A stretch of DNA of 63,982 nucleotides, filler included, from Chiloscyllium plagiosum (taxonomy: Eukaryota): the NCBI RefSeq assembly GCF_004010195.1. It is 4 parts of one record of this genome, joined end to end, with 100 filler letters (N's around TTAATTAATTAA, not from the genome) between each part and the next. Parts side by side here need not be neighbours in the genome. Positions count along the whole stretch, not along the records: positions 30,831 to 55,672 come from NC_057710.1; 3 more parts are not named here. The stretch is one strand, 5' to 3'. The translations under genes and the position numbers were made by a program. Of this stretch, positions 37,021 to 50,260 are shown piece after piece. The notes beneath the pieces were generated by a model. That model had not been told where the DNA came from. It did no database searches and worked only from the letters and a program-made list of their open reading frames with translations. Position 1 is the stretch's first letter, and each line of letters starts with the position of its first letter.

Positions 37021-38400
37021 TCATAGAGTCATAGAGATGTACAGCATGGAACAGACCCTTCGGTCCAACCTGTCCATGCCGACCAGATATCTCAACCCAA
37101 TCTCGTCCCAACTGCCAGCACCTGGCACATATCCCTCCAAACCCTTCCTATTCATATACCCATCCAAATGCCTTTTAAATATTACAATTGTACTAGCTTC
37201 CACCACTTCATCTAGTAACTCATTCCATACACATACCACCCTCTGCATGAAAAAGTTGCCCCTTAGGTCTCTTTTCTATCTTTCCCCTCTCACCCTAAAC
37301 CTATGCCCTCTAGTTCTGGACTACCCCAGCCAAGGGAAAAGACTATGTCTACTTATCCTATCCATGCCCCTCATGATTTTGTAAGCCTCTATAAGGTCAC
37401 CCCGCAGCGTCCGATGCTCCAGGGAAAACAGCCCCAGCCTATTCAACCTCTCCTGACAGCTCAAATCCTCCAACATCCTTGTAAATCTTTTCTGAACTCT
37501 TTCAAGTTTCACAACATTCTTCCAATAGGAAGAAGACCAGAATTGCATGCAATATTCCAACAGTGGCCTAACCAATGTCCTGCACAACCTCAACATGACC
37601 TCCCAACTCCTGTACTCAATACTCTGACCAATAAAGGAAAGCATACCAAACGCCGCCTTCACTATCCTATCTAGCTGCGACTCCACTTTCAAGGAGCTGT
37701 GAACCTGCACTCCAAGGTCTCTTTGTTCAGCAACACTCCCTAAGACCTTACCATTAAGTGTATAAGTCCTGCTAAGATTTGCTTTCCCAAAATGCAGCAC
37801 CTCACATTTATCTGAATTAAACTCCATCTGCCACTTCTCAGCCCACTGGCCCATCTGATCAAGATCCCATTGTAACCTGAGGTATCTTTCTTCGCTGTCC
37901 ACTACCCATCCAATTTTCGTGTCGTCTGTAAACTTACTACTGTACCTCTTTTGCTCATATCCAAATCATTTATATAAATGATGAAAAGAAGTGGACCCAG
38001 CACCGATCCTTGTGGCACTCCACTGGTCACAGGCCTCCAGTCTGAAAAACAACCTTCCATCACCACCCTCTGTCTTCTACCTTTGAGCCAGTTCTGTATT
38101 CAAATGGCTAGTTCTCCCTGTATTCCATGAGGTCTAACCTTGCTAATCAATCTCCCATGGGGAACCTTGTCGAATGCCTTACTGAAGTCCATATAGATCA
38201 CAGCTACCGCTCTATCCTCATCAATCCCCTTTGTTACTTCTTCAAAAAACTCAATCAAGTTTGTGAGACATGATTTCCCATGCACAAAGCCATGTTGACT
38301 ATCCCTAATCAGTCCTTGCCTTTCCAAATACTTGTACATCCTGTCCCTCAGGATTCCCTCCAATGACTTGCCCACCACCGATATCAGGCTCACTGGTCTA
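37021..38400 (-). mobile_element. 5'-truncated CR1 inserted in a Penelope-like palindrome (36910-37024 and 38580-38700)
   Basis: ORFs 37321..37902 and 38100..38417 carry RT motifs; tail is (CTCTATGA)n. Confidence 0.9.
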
Positions 38401-38411
38401 TGGACCTGAAA

Positions 38412-38578
38412 TGGCACAGCAGGTCAGGCAGCATCCAAGGAGCAGGAGAATCAGGAAGAAGAAGGGTCATGCCCGAAACGTCGATTCTCCTGCTCCTTGG
38501 ATGCTGCCTGACCTGCTGCGCCTTTCCAGCAACACATTTTCAGCTCTGATCTCCAGCATCTGCAGTCCTCACTTTCTC
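38412..38578. mobile_element. Penelope-like family B terminus with short inverted arm and 14-bp duplication
   Basis: CTATGGACCTGAAA at 38398-38411 and 38579-38592. The hammerhead 5' core is damaged. Confidence 0.75.
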
Positions 38579-39594
38579 CTATGGACCTGAAACATCAATT
38601 CTACTTTCTCTCCACAGATGTTGCCAGACCTGCTACATTTCCTGAGCAATTTCAGTTTTTATTTCAGATTTTCAGCATCCACAGGTCTTTGTTTTATTTC
38701 ACTGAATAATTCAGTATACATCTAGCCCCAGAAGACATGCCAACCTATGACAGATTAGCATTAAGATGGAGAATTTACCATGACACTCTCTTTGTTTTTA
38801 CATGAAGTGAATGGTGGTATTTTCCCATTTACACACTATGTCCAGAAACAGGAACATTTGGTGGACAGAAACCTTCAACATGCCATGGTCAGAAAGCCTT
38901 CCAGATATTAAGGTCATTTGGGCACCTGATCAGCTGCTGGATGATATTCTGCTGGAATTACAAATTTGAGCAGTAAGTCCCATCTGCCTAGAGCTACTGA
39001 TGAATCAGAGGCTGTGGCTAAGTGAAACTGGAGGGACCCAACTCCAGACTGACCACGTGCCTGCTGATTTACCACTCAGGTGGGCTGACTCTCGTCTTGA
39101 GCTGAAATTGAGCCCCTTAAGTGGTTATTCTTTGAACATTTAAGGGCCTTAAGCAGCAGCAGCAAAATGAGAACACCCTTAAAATTCAAAATAATGACTC
39201 ACTTGTGCCTTAAATACACAAGCAATCATAGTTTCCCTTCAATGTTCTTGCTATGTTTTGATCCATTTCTTTGGATAGCTTAATTTCTAGAAGCTTATTT
39301 GCATAGTGCACCACTGACTGGACTCCACCTCATCATTCTTTCTCCGGAAGATTTGAGGCTATTTTTCAGGCTCCACCACGAAGTATTTTTCACATATGGT
39401 GAAACCATGTTGCCCTATATTTATGTCATTTTATAAATATAAGCTTTTAATTGAAGGAAACGTCAGCTTCATTTCTGTCCCCTTATTCATTAACATGTCA
39501 TGAAGCCAAATCCACAATTTTTTTACCCGCATCTGAAAACAGAACTGTCAAACATCTGTGGTACCAATCTGTTATAATATTCATCTGAAGCAGA

Positions 39595-39990
39595 GGGTAG
39601 ATGGCATGGTCTTAGTAATGTTAGTGGGCTAATCTAAGAGATCCAAGCTAATTATCTGGGGGACTACGGTTTAAATCCCACCATGGCAATAGGTAGAATT
39701 TAAATTCAATTAATTAATAAATTTGACATATGATTTCATCTCAGTGATAATTACTATGATAACTATCATGAATTGTTGTAAAGATCCATCTGGTTCACAG
39801 ATACTCTTTAGTGAAAGGATACTGCTATCCTTACCTGATCAGACTTGCATGTGATTCCATACCCACAGCAAAGTGCTTGACTCTTAATTGTCCTCTGAAA
39901 TGACCAAGCTACCTACTCAGTTCTAGGTCAATTAGGATGGGCAACCATTGCTAGCTGGGCCAATGTGGTCCATATCCTATGAAGAATCTT
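39595..39990 (+). mobile_element. Ancient tRNA-headed SINE with L2-type tail
   Basis: B-box-like GGTTTAAATCCC near 39668, body shared with 20530-20820, tail CAATTAGGATGGGCAA. Confidence 0.65.
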
Positions 39991-40099
39991 TTTAAAAAGA
40001 ATGGTTTCAAGTAAAAATCTCATTCACTTATATTTTACTCATAAAAATAAATACTAATTATTTTGAATTTGTTTACTACAGAGTGATAGATTGTCCTGT

Positions 40100-41010
40100 T
40101 GCCTTGATGGATGAATGCTCCCAATTGTTTACTTCCTTCAATAGTGTCTGGGATGACCGATTTTATCATCCAAAAGAGTATTGTCGGAGAGGAAACTGCC
40201 AGGTAGCAAAGTTTCTGAACTAGGTTGAGGGAAATATTGTTGATTGTGACTATGGAGTCTTAGAATTTATGGCTGAAGAAGATTGATATAAAATCTCTGT
40301 CATTTTCAGATATATTGGAAGGTCGATACGTTCTGAGGCTTGAGCAAAGCAATCAAAAAGCAGCTTGGTGTCCTCTGAAGTGTGTGCTAGGAGAGCACAG
40401 TTTTCAGCAAACAGGGATTCATTTGATAGCTGTTCTGTGATATTCATGAGAGCCTGGAGTGTTTGCAGATTGAAGAGGTTGCCTTCTGTCCTGAACAGAA
40501 TGCACACTTGTACGTACAAACCTTTGAGTGTATGCAAGAGCATGGCCAGAATATAAATAGCAATTAAAACTGAAGCTTCCTTCATGCTATTGGTGACTTG
40601 AAAAGCATTTGATGAGGCATCTTCCTGCATCATGGCATCATAGAATGAGAAGACTATTTTGATCATTTTTTTCAGGGCAGCCATATCTGCACAACACCTT
40701 CCACAGCTCTTCACAGGTTACCTTGTGAAAGATTTTGTTGAGTCACCAAATACCATATAGAGATCTGAAATAAAAGGAAGTATTGGAGAAATTCAGCAGC
40801 TCTGGGAGTGTCTATGAAGAAAGAAACAAAGTTGATGTTTTGTGAATGTTTTCTAAAGAATGCCATGTAGAGGTTTTGTCCTGTTTGTGGTACTTTTGTT
40901 GAATTTTGTATGCCTCAACTATCTTGTCAATTGGTTCTCGTTCAGGGCAAAAGCCACATTGTGATTCTGAGACACCAATAATTAGTTATATCCTCTCATT
41001 TTGTTAAATT
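40100..41010 (-). mobile_element. RTE-clade LINE RT remnant
   Basis: FRTEGNLFNL..LFAENCALLAH..LKMTEILYQ and ESQCGF near 40950-40970 are RTE/BovB-type motifs. Confidence 0.75.
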
Positions 41011-41644
41011 GTCAAATTAGGTGCTAAACTTCCAGTTTCTGACTCCAAATAATTAATTGTACAAGTTCCACTTTCTTCAGTTCAGGAAGACTTAACTCAA
41101 ATCCCTGTTTTCTTTTTTTAATCACTTTTTAATCCATTCTACAACCTAACCACTGACCCCAAATGCCCTGATCTTTATCAAGCACTTCTTAAGTGGCATA
41201 TTTCATTGCTGTTATTTCCTATTTGTTAGTCTGTTGACTGAGATTTAGCTCCTTGGTATTTTTGCTGTTTTAGTATCAACCCCAAGAGCTCATTATGTTT
41301 ATCCCTTTTATGTATGTTAAGCACCAACTCCGCTTTTGAGGCATTGCATCTGTTTACAAAACTTGGGATTCCATATGACCATTGTGATTTCGTAAACTTC
41401 TCTCTTTTGGATTGCATATATCCACCAATACTATCTTAAGTAACATAAACAGCATACTGAAACAATGCTGTTGCTTCTGGTCATCTTTGGGATATCACCT
41501 TCTCCTTCAACCTATTTTTCTTGCACACATAATCATTATCTACTGAGCTTTAATGGCTCTGCGTTCTTTTATACAGTATCCATTAAAAGTGCTGGTTTCA
41601 CTTTCGGAATACTCTCCATCATGGACAACTGTCATGATGCTAAA

Positions 41645-43265
41645 TAGGACAGACTTCAAACAAATCTAGCAACTTAAAACTGGGTGTCCATGAGGTGCTG
41701 TGGGCTACCAACAGCAGTAAAGTTATATTCCAGCACAATCTGCAGCTTCAAGGCCTGGTATATTCCCCAGTCAACCATCACCAACAAGCCAGGGAATCAA
41801 CTCTGGATCAATGAAGAGTGCAGGAGAACATGCCAGGAACAGACTAGGCACACCGAAAAATTAGGTGTAAATCTGGTGATGCAGCTAACAGGACTGCTTA
41901 TATGCCAAATAGCAAAGGCAGAACTAAGCAATTGCAACCAACAGATCAAACCTAAGCTCTGCAGTCCTGCCACATCCACTCATGAATGGTGTAAAAACAG
42001 AAATTGCAGGAAGAGCTCAGCAGGTCTAACAGCATCTGTGGAGAGAATGCAGAGTTAACATTCTGGGTCCTGTGACCTGTCTTCAGAATGTTTTGAACTG
42101 GTATATATCTGACAATGTGGAATTGACCTAGGAAAATCCTGCACGTAAAAATGTAATCCAGCCAATTACCACCCCATCAGTCTACTCTCAATTATCAGTA
42201 AAGTGATGGAAGGCGTCATCAACAGTGCTTTCAAGCAGCACTTGCTCAGCAATAACCTACTTACTGACACCCAATTTGAGTACCAACAGGGCCATTCAGC
42301 TCCTGACCTCATTGCATCTTTGGTCAAATATGGATGCAAGAGCTGAATTCCAGAGGTAAAATTGACAATAGTTGACATCAAGGGCACATTCAACCGAGTG
42401 TGGCATCAAGGAACCCTAGGAAAACTGGAATTAATGGGCATTAGGGGCAAACTCTCTGCAGTTAGAATCATATCTGTCAAATAGGAAGATGTTGTAGTTG
42501 TTGGAAGTCAATCATCTCAGCTCCAGTACATCTCCACAGGTGTTCGTTGATGAGTGTCCTAGGGCCAACCATCCTTAGCTGCTTCATCAACAACCTTCCC
42601 TCCGTCATAAGATTAGAAATGGGGATGTTTACCAATGAATGATTAATGTTCAGCACTATTCACGATTCTTCACATACTGAAGTAGTCCATGTTCATATAG
42701 AACAATATCTGGACAATATCCAGACTTGGGCTGACAAGTGGCAAAAAACTTGCAAATGCCAGGCAATCTAACCACTGGCCTCTGTCATTCAGTGGTGTTA
42801 CCACCCACAGTTAGCTTACCATTGGCCAGAAACTTAACTGGATTTGTCATATAAATACAGAGGCTACAAGAGCAGGTCAGAGGGTAGGAAAGCTGTGGCA
42901 AGTAACTCATTTGACTCCCAAAAGCTTGTCCATCATCTTGCTGCTATCACTTGCTGCTTCTGGTGTCCACTATCTACAAGGAACTAGTTGCAATTGTGAT
43001 GGAATACTCCCATATATCTGCGTGGATGCAACTCCAACAACACTGAAGAAGTTTGATGCCATTCAGGCCAAAGTAGCCTGCTTGATTGACACTACACCCA
43101 CAAGCAACCACTCTTTTCCAACTAATGCTCAGTAGCAACAGTGTGTACTATCTGCAAGATGCACTGCAGAAATTCACCAAAGATCCTTAGACAGCACCTT
43201 CCAAACCCATGACCACTTCTATCTTGAAGGACAATGCAGCAGGTACATGGGAACAGTATCACTCG
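41645..43265 (+). mobile_element. Old L2/CR1-group LINE RT, distinct from the main CR1 families; its 3' end resumes at about 45795-45930
   Basis: NYHPISLLSIISKVME, TQFEYQQGHSAPDLI, DIKGTFNRVWHQG and FINNLP. Confidence 0.75.
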
Positions 43266-43269
43266 GTGA

Positions 43270-45790
43270 AAATCATGAGTGGGTTTAAACTAGCTCAGCA
43301 GGGGGATGGGAACCTGTGGTGTAGTTCCAGTATACAGGAGGATGAGAGTATGGAGGACATTAACAGGACTTCACGTCACAGGAGTGTGCTGGCAGACAGC
43401 AAGCTGATTTGAAGTGTATCTACTTCAACGCCAAGATTATCTGATATAAAGTAGGTGAGGCAGGTACCTGGGACTTCGATGTTGTGGCCATTTTGGAGAC
43501 ATGGATTGAGCAGGATCAGGAATGGATGTTGCATGTTCCAGGGTTTAGATCTTTCATTAAGATCAGGGAAGGTGGTAAAAGAGGGGGAGGTGTGGCTTTG
43601 TTAGTCAAGGACAGTATAACAGTGGCTGAAAGAACCTTTGATGACTCATCTACTGAGGTGGTATGGACTGAGGGTTAGAAAGAGGAGAGGAGAGGTCACA
43701 CTGCTGGGAATTTTTTTATAGGCCTCCACAAAGTTCCAGGGATGTGGAGGAGAGGATTGGCAAAATGGTTCTGGATAGGAGTGAAAGGAACAGGGTGGTA
43801 CGTGAAGAATAAAAGGATAACTAGGGTAGGAATAGGGCCAGTCAAAGATAGAAGTGGGAAGTTGTGTGTGGACCCTGTGGAGATCAGAGAGGTGCTAAAT
43901 GAATATTTCTCATCTGTTTTCACTCAGGAAAAGGAGAATATTGTAGAGGAGAAGACTGAGTTATGAGACATTAGACTTGAAAGGATTGAGGTTAGTAAGG
44001 AAGGAGGTGTTATCAATCTTAGAATGTGTAAAAGTAGACAAGTCCCCTGGGGTGGATGGGATTTATCTGAGAATTCTCTGGGAAGCTAGGGAGGAGATGA
44101 CAGAGCCTTTGGCCTTGATCTTTGAGTCGTCATTGTCTACAGGTTTAGTACCAGAGGACTGGAGGATTGCAAATGTTGTGCCCTTGTTCAAAAAGGGCAG
44201 CAGAGATGACCCAGGTAATTATAGACCAGTAAGCCTTACATGTGTTGTAGGAAAAGTTTTGGAAAGAATTATAAGAGATAGGAATTATAATCATCTAGCA
44301 AGCAACAGTTTGATTGAAGATAATCAACATGGTTTCATCAAGGGCAAGTTGTGTCTCACTGAGGTTTTTGAGAAGGTGATCAAGCATGTGGATGAGTGTA
44401 GCATAGTTGATGTGGTATACATGGACTTCAGTAAAGCCTTTGATAAGGTTCCACATGGTAGGCTGTTGGAGAAAATGCGGAGGCATGGGATTGAGGGTGA
44501 TTTAGCAGTTTGGATTAGAAACTGGCTTTCTGAAGGAAAGCAGCGAGTGCTGGTTGATGGAAAATATTCAGCCTGGATTCCAGTTAATAGTGGTGTGCCA
44601 CAAGGATCTGTTTTGGGACCACTGCAGTTTGTCATTTTTATAAATGACTTAGATGCAGGCATAAGTGGATGGGTTAGTAAGTTTGCAGATGGCACTAAAG
44701 TCGGTGGAGTGGTGGACATTGTGGAAGAATGTTACAGGTTGTATGGGGAACTTGGATAAACTGCAGAATTGNNNNNNNNNNNNNNNNNNNNNNNNNNNNN
44801 NNNNNNNNNNNNNNNNNNNNNNNNNNNNNNNNNNNNNNNNNNNNNNNNNNNNNNNNNNNNNNNNNNNNNNNNNNNNNNNNNNNNNNNNNNNNNNNNNNNN
44901 NNNNNNNNNNNNNNNNNNNNNNNNNNNNNNNNNNNNNNNNNNNNNNNNNNNNNNNNNNNNNNNNNNNNNNNNNNNNNNNNNNNNNNNNNNNNNNNNNNNN
45001 NNNNNNNNNNNNNNNNNNNNNNNNNNNCACTTTGGGAAGAATAACAGGAAGGCAGAGTACCAGGTCAATGGAAAGATTCTTGGTAGTGTGGATGTGCAGA
45101 GGAATCTTGGTGTCCATGCACATAGATCTCCGAAAGTTGCCACCCAGGTTGATAGTGCTATTCAGAAGGCATACGGTGTGTTAGGTTTTATTGGAAGAGG
45201 GATTGAGTTCTGGAGCTGTGAATGTCATGCTGCAACTGTACAAAATGCTAGTGCTGTCTCACTTGGAATATTGTGTACAGTTCTGGCTGCCCCATTACAG
45301 GAAGGATGTGGAAGTATTGGAAAAGGTGCAGAGGAGATTTACCAGGATGTTGCCTGGTCTGGAGGGAAGGTCTTATGAGGAAAGATTGAGGGACTTAGGT
45401 CTGTTTTCATTGGAGAGAAGAAGGCTAAGAGGGAATTTAATAGAGACATACAAGATGATCAGACGATTAGATAGGGTGGACAGTGAAAGTCTTTTTCCTA
45501 GGATGATGACGTCAGCTCATACAAGGAGGCATAGCTGCAAATTGAGGGGTGATGGATTTAAGACAGATGTCAGAGGTAGGTTCTTTACTCAGAGAGTGGT
45601 AAGGGCAAGGAATGCCCTGTCTTCCAATGTAGTTTACTCAGCCACATTAGGGGCATTTAAATAGTCCTTGAATAAGCACATGGATGATGATGGGATAGTG
45701 TAGGGTGCTAGGCTTAGATTCACAGGTTGGCGCAACATCGAGAACCGAAGGGCCTGTTCTGCAATGTATTCTATGTTCTATTTTCCAAGT
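43270..45790 (+). mobile_element. CR1 ORF2 with deletion between APE and RT, N gap at 44772-45027, and 3' tail
   Basis: GGGVALLVKD, then ORFs 43977..44759 and 45191..45664. Confidence 0.9.
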
Positions 45791-46394
45791 TCTATGAATG
45801 CCTTCCCTAATGATATTGTGGACTGTAGCAGTTCAAGAAGGCAGCTGACCACCACCTTCTCAAGAGTGACTAAGGATGGACAATAAATGTTGGCCGGCCA
45901 GCACAACCATGGTTCCACAAGTAAATAAAAACAATTTCAGTTTCAGTCTCAGTTTCCATAGGAACTGGGAAAGTCATTTTCTTTCTCAGTTTTCCTTTTC
46001 AGTTCCCCTTTTCAATCAGGATCTATCTCAAAAAAGACAGCCTTTGACCACAGATTTCATCACATAACATTTAGGATTACTTGACAGTTCATACAGTACA
46101 TCTTCCCTTTAGGTGGTTCCCTGAAAGATTGATTTTACAAAATATCTCAGAGATGGGCATCCCTGGCATTGCAAAATAAGTAATACAGAAAATGACCACT
46201 CACAAACCTCAAAAACATCTATCAGCAGCTAATGTACACAGGTTATAGATCAACAAAGACTCAAAGTGTACATTGTATTTGTGGGACATTTATGAATGGG
46301 TACAGCGGGTAACATTCATGACTCTGAGCCAGGAGGTCCAACTTTGAGACCCACCAGTATTGATGGTCGTGGTGTTCATAAAGTGTTCATGGCA

Positions 46395-47100
46395 AGGGGA
46401 TCTTGAGCGCAGGTTCATAGTTCAAACTGGAGTCGTAGGTAGACATGGAAGTGAAGAAGGGGTTTTGGTACTCTTGCCTTCATTGGTCAGTCCATTGAGT
46501 ATAGGAGTTGGGAGGTCATGTTACAACTGTACAGACATTGCTAAAGCCATCTTTTGAATACTGTGTTCAATTCTGGTCTTCCTGCTACGGGAAAGATGTT
46601 GTTAAACTTGAAAAGATTCAGAAAAGATTTACAAGGATGTTGCCAGTGTTGGAGGGTTTGAGCTATAGGGAGATGCTGAATAGGCTGGGGCTATTTTACC
46701 TGGAGCGTAGGAGGCTGAGGGGTGACCTAATAGTGGTTTACAATGTCATGAGGAACATGGATAAGGTAAATAGCCAAGGTCTTTTCCCTGGAGTGGGGGA
46801 GTCCAAAACTAGAGGGCATAGGTTTAAGATAAGAGGGGAAAGATTTAAAAGGGATGTAAGGGGCAACTTTATCACACAGACAGTGGTACGTATATGGAAT
46901 GATCTGCTAGAAGAAGTGGTGGAGGAGGCTGGTGCAATTACAACATTTAAAATGCATCTGGATGGGTATATGAATCGAGAGGGTTTAGAGGGATGGGGCC
47001 AAATGCTGGCAAATAAGACTAGATTAATTTAGGATATCTGGTCAACATGGACGAGTTGGACCGAAGAGTTCGTTTCCATGCTGTACATCTCTATGACTCT
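46395..47100 (+). mobile_element. CR1 3' fragment
   Basis: ORF 46508..47032 and CTCTATGACTCT tail. Confidence 0.9.
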
Positions 47101-48279
47101 GTGGCCAAACAGGTTCTTCCAACAAATACCTTGTCAGGTTGTAACAGCAGGAAAGCTTGGCTAACCATGTGATGGAAGGAATGCTGGAGCTTCTACAATC
47201 ACTAGCTGCAGACTACAACGTGCATATAAAAATGCATATTGCCACAGCAACTTCAACTCCTTGACCTAGTCACATACCCACTGTCTTATTGGAACCAGTA
47301 CAGCTGATCAGTGCCATCTTGTGTTCATTTAAATTATAGTCAGCTGTAACAAGAATATTTTCTTTGTTTCTTCCAGTTTATTCCTTCATCTCCAGGAGCT
47401 CTGATGTCTGCTGGAATGACTCCATAGACATAGGCACACTCAATCAAAAATATTGGTTCCTTATTCCTGGTCTAAACAATTGAGTGGCAGGAGTCTGTTT
47501 GGTCGCAATGTACATTCACAGCCAGCCTGATCTTTCCTAACTTTATTTCCTGACCCAAGTGTTTCCCAGCAGGGGTCATTAACTAGTGACTTAGAATACC
47601 ACATGACTTCCTCCCATTCAGTCCAGGATTTCAATGGCTATTTGTCCTTTCCCTTCTGAAGCAGTTCTTCCGGATCATGAATGATTTACTTCCCTTCTAG
47701 TTTCCTGGACTCTCAGATAGCTGATAAATCCAAAGTATGATGTACAGACACAGCCATGTCCAGGTCAGGTAGTGTTTGAAGGGTTGGCAAGGTGAGTTGG
47801 TTGGAAGTTTGTGCACTCTTTTCAATGCCTCAACTTCCAAAAGCATTCATACCTCATTAATAACTCATTGAATAGTTATCTTGGAAAATAAACTGCAATG
47901 GAGTAAATGACCAGTTGATTTATTTATGGTGGCGTTGCTCAAAAGAATAATGTTGGTTGGTATATGCAGAGAACTCATAACTATCATTAAAGTTGTACTG
48001 TTCTCAACTATTATTAGATTTACAAAGTATCCATGCAACAGGGTTGAATTTTACGTTGTTCAGCCGTGGACGAGGATCTCACCCTGAAGTGGATGACTGA
48101 AAATGCACCTTCCATCAAGTTAGTGTTGCTGCCACTAACCAAGGACACATGTGAAGAGCAGTTGTCAGTGAGAGTTGGGACATCTGGGAGAGAGGCCACA
48201 AACCAGAGGTCAGCCATGGTCACTTGTTACTAATGACACCTGCAGCACAAATTATACTTTGGAAGCTCAAGATGTTTAT

Positions 48280-48787
48280 AAAGTTAAAAATCACACAACA
48301 CTAGGTTATAGTCCAACAGGTTTATTTGGAAATACTAGCTTTCGGAGCTCTGCTCCTTCATCAGGTAACTAATGGGGCAGGATCATAAGACACAGAATAT
48401 ACAGCAAAAGCTCTTCATGTCATGCAACTATACGATATGTTGAACGAACCTAGATTGCTGTTAAGTCTTTCATCTTTTAGAATGGGTTGCAGGTATCGAT
48501 TCAATAATATGTAAATCCCAGAACTTCTTTCAAGTCACATTCCCGTGATAATTTAAAGGTTGTATATAATAAAGGTGACATCTCAGCTCAGACAATGCAT
48601 GAAAGGTGTAAGGCTAGAGTCTGTTTGTATGCCAATTTTGAGTCAGACTGGTTCTGTTTCCAAAGTAGGAGTTTATAAAATGTCACATGGATTGACTGCC
48701 TGCAGATTGTGTACTTTTTGAACAAAATAGAAATGTATCTGCAAATACAAATTTTCCACCCCAGTCCAACACGGCTCCTCCACATCA
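48280..48787 (-). mobile_element. Penelope-like family A fragment
   Basis: Same terminus as 184 and 17607, with a short inverted piece CACCCCAGTCCAACAC at about 48757. Confidence 0.75.
48333..48367 (-). ncRNA. Minimal hammerhead motif (family A), intact core
   Basis: TAC-CTGATGA-A-GGAGC-AGA-GCTCC-GAAA-GC-TA-GTA. Confidence 0.7.
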
Positions 48788-48809
48788 AAGATATTTTCAG
48801 GAAGTTAGA

Positions 48810-49128
48810 TATAGAATAGAATCCCAACAGTGTGGAAACAAGCCCTTTGGCCCAACAAGTCCACACCGATCCTCTGAAGAGTAACCCACCCACATCCATT
48901 CCACTACACTTACCCGAGGCTAATGCAGCTAACCAATACATCCCTGAACGCTATGGGCAATTTCGCATGGCCAATTCACCTAACCTGCACATGTTTGGAT
49001 GTGGGAGGAAACCCACACAGACACAAGGAGAATGTGCAATATCCACACAGACAGTCACCCAAGGCTGGAATTGAACCTGGGTCCCTGGCAGCTGTGAGGC
49101 AACAGTACTAACCACTGAGCCGCCATGC
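48810..49128 (-). mobile_element. HE1-type V-SINE
   Basis: Collinear with 11784-12112 in reverse orientation. Confidence 0.85.
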
Positions 49129-49254
49129 ACGAGTCTTTTAAATCCTTTCAAGAATTGCTGCAGCTAGGAATATGGTTTTTCATGTAGGTGTGTGTGTTAA
49201 CTTTTGTGCTGGTAGTGAATCATTTCAGACCTTTGCCAGGAGAAAAGGATGTTG

Positions 49255-49620
49255 GAGTCATAGAGGTCAACAGCATAGAAAAATGCCCTTCAGCCCATTG
49301 AGTCTGCATCTATCAAAAACACCCACCTAACTATTCTAATCCCATTTTCCAGCCCTTGGTCTTATGTGCCATAGCATTGTAAGTGCACATCTAAATACTT
49401 TTTCAATGTTATGAGGATTTCCACCTCTACCAACCTCCCAGGCAGTGAGTTCTAGATTCACACCACTGGATGAAAAAGAGTTTTTGTATTCCATTTAAAC
49501 CTCCTGCCCCTTGCCATTAACTTCTGTCCCTAGCTACTGATCTTTCTATCAAGGAAACAAGTTCTTCACTGTCTACTTTATCAATACCCTTCAAAATGTT
49601 ATACATCTCACACTTACTCC
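49255..49620 (-). mobile_element. Decayed CR1 3' end
   Basis: YNILKGIDKVDSEEL remnant and tail. Confidence 0.7.
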
Positions 49621-49689
49621 ATGAGAATGCCGCTGACCCATTATAGATGGAGGAGAGAATGAAAGCACCAACTGGTGATTGGTCAAGAC

Positions 49690-50260
49690 CTATGATGGCC
49701 GCATAGTTTAATGATGACACACAGCGAGTCTTCTTCCAGGTGTGATATGGAAGGAGGTCTTCATGTTGAAAGATGGCAAGAGTAAGAGAGCTGGCAGCTA
49801 GATGGAGGTCACAACAGAGGTCACCAGCTATTGCATTGTCCAGAAAACCTGACTGTAACCTGGAAAAGGCTCAATGACCTTTTCAGGTCTGCCAGCTGAA
49901 GGGTGTATAGCAGCTGAAATGTTTGATTGCCCATTGCAGTACATAATAATACGAGTTGGCATGGTGCAGACATGCCACTCTGCATGATAATGGAATTTTT
50001 CCAGGGGCATGGTGGGAGTGCTATTGTGGTACCTTAAAGCTGGCAAGGAACATTCAAAAATGTATTTCCTTAACAAAGTACATATTGGTCATTATTGCTG
50101 CTCAGCATAGTCATTACAATGTCCTGCTGTATTTCCAGGAGAAGGTGCACAATGACAGTAAAGGGGCCAGGATAAGAGCTGGTCAGTCCAAGCTGGCCAT
50201 TCTTGCTGCAATTAAGAAAGTGGAAACCTATTGCTGGAGCCAGTGCACTGGCAGAGGGCA
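49690..50260 (+). mobile_element. Possible Harbinger-type Myb/SANT gene remnant
   Basis: Broken frames give FNDD..RR.., *MEVTTEVTS..KT, KRLNDLFR, then TTTCCAG|EKVHNDSKGARI. Similarity is weak. Confidence 0.4.
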
